The notes under the pieces are model-generated. The model did no database searches, was not told the origin of the DNA, and saw only the letters and a list, made by a program, of their open reading frames with translations. Below are positions 1 to 7,625 of a DNA stretch of 64,000 nt, one piece after another. Numbering within the stretch: position 1 is the stretch's first letter; every line of letters begins with the position of its first letter. The DNA lies in contig CAYULA010000010.1 in assembly GCA_964445525.1 (NCBI GenBank), positions 1,158-65,157 on the forward strand, given 5' to 3'. This DNA is from an uncultured Thermoplasmatales archaeon. Lineage in GTDB: Archaea > Thermoplasmatota > Penumbrarchaeia > Penumbrarchaeales > Penumbrarchaeaceae. The position numbers and the translations under genes are program-made.

Positions 1-2
1 TC

Positions 3-338
3 AACAACAAGGCCATTCTCCGGGATGTTGTTGATTATGTGAATGCACCGGACTTCTGGGATGTGTCCATCAAGAAAAAATATGTAAACGATGATCCCAG
101 GATCGAGCTTCAGAGTATAATCAGGAAGAAAGAGGAATGGAACAGATTGATCTCGAACTTCGATCTGAATAAATATTCAGCAAGACTGTTTTCCAAGAGG
201 GATTTCGATTTTCTTGACAAGGATGAGAGAAAACCTGTAGTGGACGAATTCGCAAAGAGGACCTCCGAGGTCCATATCTGCCCGGTATGCAAGGATATAC
301 TTCAGAAAACAGGTAAAGGTAAATTAAAATTGAAATGA
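3..338 (+). CDS. hypothetical protein, C-terminal fragment (ORF runs off the 5' window edge)
   Basis: Frame 3 is open from nt 3 (NNKAILRDVVDYV...) into the listed GTG-initiated ORF 39..338. One CPVC motif. No family recognised. Confidence 0.4.
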   Translation, partial: NNKAILRDVVDYVNAPDFWDVSIKKKYVNDDPRIELQSIIRKKEEWNRLISNFDLNKYSARLFSKRDFDFLDKDERKPVVDEFAKRTSEVHICPVCKDILQKTGKGKLKLK

Positions 339-526
339 CCGGCATGACGATCCATATTGATTTGACATTGCGGTCCTTGTAACGAATATTGTCTATCTCC
401 GTTGAGAGATGTCCGATCCCTATAATAATAAAAAGCTCGATTTTCGTACCAGAGAAAGGGCAACAGGAAGAAAAAGGTTGAAAAGAAGAATATCACATAC
501 CGGGATGGAAGAATCCTTGATCCGGA

Positions 527-1393
527 TCAGCTCTCCATAATGGCCCTCACCAGATCCAGGGTCCTCCTGGTCTCCTTCACATCATGTACCCTGATCACCG
601 ATGCTCCGTTGAGGTATGCCACAACGGCAGCTCCAAGCGATCCTTCCAATCTGTCCTTCACATCCAGGTCCAGGACCTTACCGATGAAGGACTTCCTGGA
701 GGCACCGACCAGTACGGGGCAGTCAAGTTCGCAGAACCTGTCCAGGTCCCTCAGGAGAATTAGATTGTCCTCCACCCTCTTTCCGAACCCTATGCCGGGA
801 TCCACGAAAAGTCTCTCCTTTTTTCCTCCCTTTTCAACGAAGGAATCGATCCTACCTTCGAGGAAGGCCAAAACCTCCTCCACAACATCATCGTAGGAAG
901 GATCGACCTGCATATTTCTCGGTGTACCCTTCATATGCATCAATACAGCATTGACATCCCTCTCGATCACCAGGTCCTCCATTCCGGGTTCCCTGAGACT
1001 GTTCACGTCATTGACCATGACAGCCCCCGCATCGAGGGCCCTCCTAGCCACTTCAGGATGCCTCGTATCTATTGAAATGGGAACATCGATGTTATCCGCG
1101 ATCGCCTCGATCACAGGTATGGTCCTGTCCATCTCCTCTTCTGTGAGGACCTCCTCTGCAAAAGGTCTGGTGGATTCACCCCCGATATCGATGATATCGG
1201 CTCCCTCTTCCACCATCTTGAGGGACCGGTCCACCGCTTTTTGGAAAGTGTTGTGCTCCCCTCCATCCGAGAATGAGTCCGGAGTAACGTTGAGTATGCC
1301 CATTATCAGGGGAGGTCTCAGGTTGGAGAACTTTTTTCTATCGAAATCTTTCAAGGAACCCGTGGATATGTCCATATCAATCATTGGTCTCAC
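527..1393 (-). CDS. folP: dihydropteroate synthase
   Basis: 288-aa ORF with pterin-binding motifs GILNVTPDSFSDGG, DIGGESTRP and VDPGIGFGK. Codon at 1393 is GTG and overlaps the topA stop; ATG alternatives lie at 1384 and 1375. Confidence 0.92.
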   Translation of the reverse strand: MRPMIDMDISTGSLKDFDRKKFSNLRPPLIMGILNVTPDSFSDGGEHNTFQKAVDRSLKMVEEGADIIDIGGESTRPFAEEVLTEEEMDRTIPVIEAIADNIDVPISIDTRHPEVARRALDAGAVMVNDVNSLREPGMEDLVIERDVNAVLMHMKGTPRNMQVDPSYDDVVEEVLAFLEGRIDSFVEKGGKKERLFVDPGIGFGKRVEDNLILLRDLDRFCELDCPVLVGASRKSFIGKVLDLDVKDRLEGSLGAAVVAYLNGASVIRVHDVKETRRTLDLVRAIMES

Positions 1394-3401
1394 CCTTCTT
1401 CTCCTTCTTGGAAGGACAATCGGGATTCATGCAGGTTGTTATGGGAGGACCTCTCCTGTACATTATCATCATGGGAGACCTGCAGACCTCGCATTTTTCC
1501 TCGGAAAATCCGAGTTTGCCTCTTTGAGGAAGAGGATAGCTCTTGGAACATCTGGGGAACATGGAACATCTGACATACCGCTTTCCCCTTTTGGACCTCA
1601 CCATCATAAGGTCGTTGTCGCACCTGGGGCATTTGCCGACAATATCCTGGACGTTGAGAGCTTCGGATATCTCCTTTCCAATTGCCCGTTTGTGCTTTTC
1701 CATCTCCTCCATTATCCCGGTCAGCATATCCCTTGATTCCTCTATCACCTCTTCCTGGGTGAGTTTGTCCAGAGAGATCTTTTCCATGTCCTCTTCAAGA
1801 CGGGAGGTCATGTGATGCTCGGTAATGGTCCTGGCATGTCTTTCGAGCGATTCAATCAATGCCGACCCCGAAAGCGTGGGTCGCGGAGGGGAATCCTCAA
1901 TATATCTCCTGGAATAGAGTTTCTGGATTATCTCGTGCCTTGTTGATTTGGTTCCAAGTCCCAGGCTCTCCATCTCCTGAATAAGACCTCCCTGGCTGTA
2001 TCTGTAAGGAGGCTTTGTCTCCTTTTCAAGGAGTTCCATCTTCTCTATGTCCAGTATATTCCCTTCCCTGAGAACGGGAAGTACGGTTTCCTTCACCTTG
2101 GAGAGGGTGTAGACGGATCTCCAGCCGGGACTTATCATCCTAACCCCGGATGAGTTGAAGATCTCGGAGTTGATATCGAACCTGATAGAGGTAACCTTCA
2201 CTATGCAGGGATCGTGAAGTGTGGCCAGGAACCTTCGGACCACCAGATCGTATACCTTGAACTTCTCGGGACCCAGTTCGGCCTTTGTGGCAAAGGCGGT
2301 GGGATAGATCGGTGGATGATCGGTAGTTTGCTTCTTACCCCTGGTTGCTGTGATATTGGACTTTTTCAGGATATGATCGGAAGCATCCTTGTAAGGACCT
2401 TTTCCAAGCTCCTCAACGGTCTTTCTGAGGTCCAGTCCCTTGGGGTATACCGTGTTGTCTGTTCTCGGGTAGGATATGTACCCGTTGGTGTAGAGGTCCT
2501 CTGCAATCGACATGATTCTGGCTGCCTGCATCCCCATCGAGTTGGCGGCCCTTATGAACTGGGTTGTGTTGAAGGGAGTGGGCGGCCTGTCCTTCCTCTC
2601 TCTTTCCTTCAATTCCTTGACAAGGGCCTTTTTCTCGTCTTTGACCTTCTTGAAGATCGATTCCGCCATCTCCTTTTCGAATATGTCTCCCTTGGAATGA
2701 TGGGCCTCTATATTGTCCTGAAGTAGTGCCTCTATCCTCCAGAAAGGGACCGGTTTGAATGCCTTTATCTCCTTTTCCTTGTTTACAATGAGAGCCAGAG
2801 TGGGACTCTGGACCCTTCCGACGGAGAGGAACTCGTGACCCAATCTGTCGGCTGCAAGGGAGATGAACCGGGTGAGTGTGGCTCCCCATACAAGATCGAG
2901 AATCTGCCTGGTTTCCGCTGCGGAGGCCAGGGCCATGTCCATTCGGACAGGTTCCTTGAAAGAGCCCTTGACCTCGTCTGCTGTAAGTGAGGAGAAATGG
3001 GTCCTCCAGACCATCTCGTAAGCGTCGGGCCCCAAGGCATATTCAACAGCTTCCTTTCCGATGAGTTCCCCCTCCCGGTCGTAATCGGTTGCAACGTAGA
3101 CGCTCTTGGCTTCCTTGACGAGGTCCTTCAGGACGCCTGCTATAGATCTGGCTGACACCATTCTCGTTGGTTCCACATTGATGAGGTCCCTGGGATCCAC
3201 ACCTGACCAGTTGTTGTACTTCTTGGGGAAATCCATGTTCAGAATGTGTCCCCTGAGCCCGATAACAGCCGTGTTATCCTTGTTCCAGGCGAATTTGTAT
3301 ACTGGGACCCTGCCACGCTTTTCGACCTTGAAATGGCCGCTGGAGAGGATGTCGGAGATCCTCTTTGCGGCATTGTCCTTCTCGCAGATTATCAATCTCA
3401 T
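1377..3401 (-). CDS. topA: type IA DNA topoisomerase (Topo I/III-like) with C-terminal zinc ribbons
   Basis: 674 aa. TOPRIM N-terminus (MRLIICEKDNAAKRI, DYDREGE), active-site Tyr motif YISYPRTDN, and C-terminal Cys4 fingers (CPRCDN..CSMFPRC, CEVC..CMNPDC). Confidence 0.92.
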   Translation of the reverse strand: MRLIICEKDNAAKRISDILSSGHFKVEKRGRVPVYKFAWNKDNTAVIGLRGHILNMDFPKKYNNWSGVDPRDLINVEPTRMVSARSIAGVLKDLVKEAKSVYVATDYDREGELIGKEAVEYALGPDAYEMVWRTHFSSLTADEVKGSFKEPVRMDMALASAAETRQILDLVWGATLTRFISLAADRLGHEFLSVGRVQSPTLALIVNKEKEIKAFKPVPFWRIEALLQDNIEAHHSKGDIFEKEMAESIFKKVKDEKKALVKELKERERKDRPPTPFNTTQFIRAANSMGMQAARIMSIAEDLYTNGYISYPRTDNTVYPKGLDLRKTVEELGKGPYKDASDHILKKSNITATRGKKQTTDHPPIYPTAFATKAELGPEKFKVYDLVVRRFLATLHDPCIVKVTSIRFDINSEIFNSSGVRMISPGWRSVYTLSKVKETVLPVLREGNILDIEKMELLEKETKPPYRYSQGGLIQEMESLGLGTKSTRHEIIQKLYSRRYIEDSPPRPTLSGSALIESLERHARTITEHHMTSRLEEDMEKISLDKLTQEEVIEESRDMLTGIMEEMEKHKRAIGKEISEALNVQDIVGKCPRCDNDLMMVRSKRGKRYVRCSMFPRCSKSYPLPQRGKLGFSEEKCEVCRSPMMIMYRRGPPITTCMNPDCPSKKEKKGETND

Positions 3402-3476
3402 CGGAGCACCGGTAGGGCCCCGGGATGGTGGAAATTTGTATATAACTATTGTTGAGAGTAGACGTAAAATGGATGC

Positions 3477-4751
3477 TTAATGGTAAAGACACCATTTCCA
3501 TGCGGGGATGATTTCTATTCTCCCTCCCTCCATTTCCAATTCATCTTCCTGTTCTTTTGTAACTATGATTCCATTATCCAGCCCGTATTTTTTCATGGCT
3601 CCGGTCAAACCCTCAATCTCTCTTTCCCTGTTGCTCTCATTCAGTTCCCAGGTGACCTGGACCATGGATGTTATTTCATTTCTTTCAACGAGAACAAGAT
3701 CGCATTCCCTGTCGTTTTCGTGATAGAACACTTCCCCTTTCCTTGATAACTGGTAGAAAATGATATTTTCCAGTATCTTCCCCAGGTCCTTTGTGGTTCT
3801 CGAGGATATGGGACGAATGAACCCGTGATCGGTCAGGTAGAATTTTTTCGGATTTGATAGTTGAACCTTGATGCTTGTATCGTACCTGTGGATCACTTTG
3901 CAGAAGTAAGCTTCCTCCAGATAGTGAATATAATTCTGCACTGTTGTGGAACTACCGGCTCCGATTATTTTTTTGAGGGAATTATACGAGAAACGGTTGG
4001 TGACGTTCGATATGAGATAGGTATACAGGTCCTTCAACAATCGGACATTTTCCAGACCATATCTCACAACGATATCCTTTATCACGATATCCTCGTAGGT
4101 TCTGAAGAGGACCTCCAGGTCCCGGTATTTGAGGTATTCCGGCATTCCACCTTCTCTCAGATATTCATCAAATCCTTTTATTATCTCCACTCTCGTTTCA
4201 GTACTCAAAACGGCCCTCTCATCATGGTCGATTTCCTTGAAATCCAGAAATTCCCTGAAGGAAAACGGCGTCAACTCGATCTTGAGATATCTTCCCGTAA
4301 GTTTGGTTCCCAGTTCCTTGCTTAGTAGGTTTGCGTTGGAACCGGTCAGATAGAACTTGAATCCCATCTCCTTGAATCTTCTGACGAATGATTCGAAACC
4401 ATGAATGTTTTGGACCTCATCCAGCAGGAATACATTTTTCTTTCCGAATAATGAGAGTTGAGCCTCGTAAATATCGTTGAAATCCTCTGCCTTGAAGGTC
4501 CTCAGCCTTTCATCCTCGAAATTGACGTAGTAGAAATTTTCATCTTTCAGATGATGACTTATTATCTGCCTGAGAAAGGTGGATTTACCGCATCTTCTGA
4601 TCCCCGATATCACGACAACGTGGGGAAAGCCCTTGATCTCCTCTATCCGGTCCATGGCATATCTTCTGATTCCTTTTTCCTTGTCCAGAATCATTGATCT
4701 CTGATCGAGAGCGATCTCTTTCAGGAGTTCCTTTCCAACCATGTAATGCAA
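3477..4751 (-). CDS. AAA+ ATPase of the AAA_14/DUF4143 type
   Basis: 424 aa. Walker A GIRRCGKST, Walker B-like VFLLDEVQ, and a C-terminal RECDLVLV...VQVTW block resembling the PD-(D/E)xK-like DUF4143 core. Confidence 0.85.
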   Translation of the reverse strand: MHYMVGKELLKEIALDQRSMILDKEKGIRRYAMDRIEEIKGFPHVVVISGIRRCGKSTFLRQIISHHLKDENFYYVNFEDERLRTFKAEDFNDIYEAQLSLFGKKNVFLLDEVQNIHGFESFVRRFKEMGFKFYLTGSNANLLSKELGTKLTGRYLKIELTPFSFREFLDFKEIDHDERAVLSTETRVEIIKGFDEYLREGGMPEYLKYRDLEVLFRTYEDIVIKDIVVRYGLENVRLLKDLYTYLISNVTNRFSYNSLKKIIGAGSSTTVQNYIHYLEEAYFCKVIHRYDTSIKVQLSNPKKFYLTDHGFIRPISSRTTKDLGKILENIIFYQLSRKGEVFYHENDRECDLVLVERNEITSMVQVTWELNESNREREIEGLTGAMKKYGLDNGIIVTKEQEDELEMEGGRIEIIPAWKWCLYH

Positions 4752-4774
4752 TTATTATATCCCTTTAAATAGGT

Positions 4775-4859
4775 TTCCATCGAGAATGGAAGATATGAGA
4801 GTATTTCTTCCATTTAAAATAAAAGATTAATGTTATTTCTTTCCATTTAGAATGGAAAG
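4775..4859. promoter_or_regulatory. operator-like palindromes TTCCAT-N4-AATGGAA (4775-4791) and CTTTCCATT-TAG-AATGGAAAG (4839-4859), plus a half-site near 4808
   Basis: Read directly in the AT-rich intergenic region immediately upstream of the minus-strand ATPase start (4751). Confidence 0.35.
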
Positions 4860-5019
4860 TAGCAGGGTAATCATCCTCGGATGCTGGAGGAAAATAACTT
4901 TAAGGACCAGCATAATTGAAAGGACTAACATGAATAATAGTCTGAATGTGACCGAGAAAAAATGATTTGATGATTCGCATCAACAATCAATCTCACGCGA
5001 GGCCACCTCAGGAATTGAG

Positions 5020-5241
5020 TTACTTTTCATATCGCTTTCTGAGGGACCTGTTCACCTTTCTTCCAAGATCGATGCAATCGTCCTCGGAAAGATCGCTGTC
5101 CTGAAAAAGTTCATCCATCATCTTCCTGGATGCTATCTTTCTGAATTCCTCCATCACGGCTTTTCTGGCGATATCATCCCATTTCACATCTGGGAATTCC
5201 CTGAATATCCTTTCAGGCACCTGGACCTTAACAATGGTCAT
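5020..5241 (-). CDS. small hypothetical protein, VapB-like antitoxin candidate with no adjacent toxin
   Basis: ORF 5020..5265. The internal ATG at 5241 (MTIVKVQVPE...) is preceded by AGGTGA at 7-nt spacing. Layout is an N-terminal beta-strand-like segment, then a helical part with ...SDLSEDDCIDLGRKVN... as in small archaeal antitoxin-like proteins. Family call is tentative. Confidence 0.4.
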   Translation of the reverse strand: MTIVKVQVPERIFREFPDVKWDDIARKAVMEEFRKIASRKMMDELFQDSDLSEDDCIDLGRKVNRSLRKRYEK

Positions 5242-5517
5242 TTTGAAATCACCTGATATTATCATATCTCAAGTTGATTATTTACTCGTTGTTCCGTCCT
5301 GGTAAGAAATCATTCTTAAAATCCTCATCAGGTTTTTATTCCCCTTGGTTTTCCTCAATTCACTTCAAGGAGTCATCATTAAAACCTCAAGCCTTTTCAA
5401 CAATGTAAAGGTAACAACACTTTCCTTCAGTAACTAAACTTCCTCTAACCGTAAAATAGATAAGGTAAAAATACCAGTCAATATTGTTATCGACCCTATC
5501 CACGGATGTGAAAGAAA

Positions 5518-5724
5518 ATGACCGAAAAAAAGGACCCCGATGAGGATCTCTTTGAGGATGTAGAGAACATCGAAGGGGAAGAAGGTCAGTGGGTAGCGAT
5601 ACGCAACGGGAAAACGATCAAAACCAGCAATAATTCTGCGGAATTGTATGCTCTGGCCGAAAAATTCCCCGCAGGAGAAGTATGCGTGACGAAAATTCTT
5701 TATGCAGGTGCATGCTTCTATTGA
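5518..5724 (+). CDS. DUF5678-like small protein
   Basis: 68 aa. The core GQWVAIRNGKTIKTSNNSAELYALAEKFPAGEVCVTKI matches the pattern (K)W(V)A(I).(dg)K(v)... typical of DUF5678. Acidic N-terminus. Confidence 0.5.
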   Translation: MTEKKDPDEDLFEDVENIEGEEGQWVAIRNGKTIKTSNNSAELYALAEKFPAGEVCVTKILYAGACFY

Positions 5725-5995
5725 CAAAATGAAATTGCCATCTTTTCATTATAAATACGCAATTCAACACGTTAAGGACCCATTTACTGGAGAGACAACT
5801 ACGATCCATATTCCAAAGGTACCCTGCCGATTCGTGAACGGATCGAATGTAATCATGGACAATGGTGTTCTGGACTCGGGAGCTGATTATTGTGTTATTA
5901 ATATGAAGATGGCCGAATCATTGGGACTTGAATTGTTTGATTGCGGTCCGATGAAGGTGGTGAGAAATGAAAGACCGGATCACAACCCATCATAA
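5702..5995 (+). CDS. retropepsin-like aspartyl protease, apparently C-terminally truncated
   Basis: 97 aa with the active-site signature VLDSGADYCVI followed by AESLGL. Only about 39 aa follow the D-S-G-A motif, and the 3' end overlaps the convergent HAD gene by 16 nt. It overlaps the DUF5678 ORF by 23 nt in another frame. Confidence 0.45.
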   Translation: MQVHASIDKMKLPSFHYKYAIQHVKDPFTGETTTIHIPKVPCRFVNGSNVIMDNGVLDSGADYCVINMKMAESLGLELFDCGPMKVVRNERPDHNPS

Positions 5996-6501
5996 AGATC
6001 GATGATCTCCCTGATATCCTTCAAAACCCTCACCCTTTCATCAACCTTCCCCGGAAAGATCCTCTTATACTTCGGCCTGGGAATGAAAATCGCATTGATC
6101 CCGGCCTCGAGGGCGGGGATCATGTCATGGCGATAGGAATTTCCCACCATGTAGATTCTGTTTCGGGGAATCCCCTTTCCGATGGAAAGCATCATCTCGG
6201 GGGTCTTCCTTCTCACCATATCCACATTGTCCTCATGGAACCACTGCGCTATTCCCACGTGATCCATCTTGCTCCACTTGGAATCATGGTCCATCAACAG
6301 ATTCATGGTTAGTATGTGGAGCCTGTCTCCTCTATTGGAAAGGTATCTCAATACATCGTCAGCTCCCCTGATCAAACCTCCGACAGGAGGGAGGACCCTG
6401 ACCGGCATCTTGAATACAAGACTGTTGTACAGAGGGAAATTGGCAAGCGTATCGTCGTAATCGAATATGAAGAGGCGACGCATTCCAGCATACAAGGTCA
6501 A
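5980..6501 (-). CDS. HAD-superfamily hydrolase
   Basis: 173 aa. Motif I FIFDYDDTL (DxDxT) and motif IV-like MVGNSYRHD. Confidence 0.8.
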   Translation of the reverse strand: MTLYAGMRRLFIFDYDDTLANFPLYNSLVFKMPVRVLPPVGGLIRGADDVLRYLSNRGDRLHILTMNLLMDHDSKWSKMDHVGIAQWFHEDNVDMVRRKTPEMMLSIGKGIPRNRIYMVGNSYRHDMIPALEAGINAIFIPRPKYKRIFPGKVDERVRVLKDIREIIDLYDGL

Positions 6502-6519
6502 TCGATATAATGAACCTTA

Positions 6520-7593
6520 TCATGTTATGATCTGGTCCAGTTTATCCTCTTTTGCCGCCAGTTTGATCTCCTGGGCTATTCTCCTACCGGTTGAAAGCTC
6601 GGGCTGGATGAAATCCGAGTACGGAGAACCCGTTATGAACGGATTGGTCCCGGCGACGATCCTGGCCGATATCTCGAACACAACGAACTCCAGCTTATCT
6701 GTCACAACTGTCTCCAGACAGAAGGGTCCTATCATTCCGCCGAATATCTCGTAGGACCTCTTCACAACATTCTCTGCCATCTGGAAGGCCTTCGAAAGCA
6801 GTGATTCCCTGATCACGAGAGGCAGATTACCGGTGACCACGAATGTGGGATAGATACCGTGTTCCTTCAATTCCTCCTGGGATCCCAATTTGTACATCTC
6901 GTCGATGTTGGTCTCATCCCTTCTATCCATCGAAAGGAGTTCAACAATCCCCTTTCCACCATCCACCTTGTATCCATCCTCCCTTATGGGAGAATGGAAG
7001 AAATGGAGGTAGTACCGGGTTCCCATAATGTACTCCTGAATGTTGAATTTCTGAGTATGATCGATTCCAAGTTTGAACTGGTTGTAATCCTTTGCAATGA
7101 AGAAACCCCTTCCGCCTTTGGCTCCCTGGTATTTTACCATTACAGGCCTGTCAATTGCTTTGGGATCCTTCACCTCAGGGGGCATCTGGATGCCGGCGGA
7201 TTCCAGCCACTTCCTCTCCATGTTGCGGTCCGATTCCCATTCCAGGACGTTCCTGTTACCGAAGGTGGGAACCTGGAGGGTCTTGAAGTTATCCGCACCA
7301 AGGTATTCCACAAAGGAACCGTGGGGAACCACGATCCCGTTGAGTTCCTTTATCCGATCTTGATGATCCTTTACTTGGCTGTAATCGTCAAGGACCAGGA
7401 ACTCATCCGGTCTTGCCAGTGGAAAGGCATCGTAGAGCTTGGGTGTCCTGCCCACCGAGATGCCCATGGTCCTGAATCCTTCTTTTTTGGCTCCATGAAA
7501 TATCTGAAGGCTTGAGTGGGAGCAGACGGTCACGATCGTGAGATCTTCCTTGTCATACCCCCTTAAAGTGCCCTCTACATCGAATGACTGCAT
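6520..7593 (-). CDS. purP: 5-formaminoimidazole-4-carboxamide ribonucleotide (FAICAR) synthetase, ATP-grasp
   Basis: 357 aa. VCSHSSLQIFHGAKKEGF, GNRNVLEWESDR and the overall length are typical of archaeal PurP. Confidence 0.9.
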   Translation of the reverse strand: MQSFDVEGTLRGYDKEDLTIVTVCSHSSLQIFHGAKKEGFRTMGISVGRTPKLYDAFPLARPDEFLVLDDYSQVKDHQDRIKELNGIVVPHGSFVEYLGADNFKTLQVPTFGNRNVLEWESDRNMERKWLESAGIQMPPEVKDPKAIDRPVMVKYQGAKGGRGFFIAKDYNQFKLGIDHTQKFNIQEYIMGTRYYLHFFHSPIREDGYKVDGGKGIVELLSMDRRDETNIDEMYKLGSQEELKEHGIYPTFVVTGNLPLVIRESLLSKAFQMAENVVKRSYEIFGGMIGPFCLETVVTDKLEFVVFEISARIVAGTNPFITGSPYSDFIQPELSTGRRIAQEIKLAAKEDKLDQIIT

Positions 7594-7625
7594 TGCGCCT
7601 TAAACCGGCATAATGCATATATGAT

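Noticed and set aside
951-1736. 261-aa plus-strand ORF spanning the folP/topA junction
   Set aside because: It is antisense to two strongly conserved genes. Its S/L/T-rich low-complexity translation is typical of a shadow ORF.
5434-5727. 97-aa minus-strand ORF
   Set aside because: It is antisense to the DUF5678-like ORF. The hydrophobic, odd composition looks like a frame artefact.
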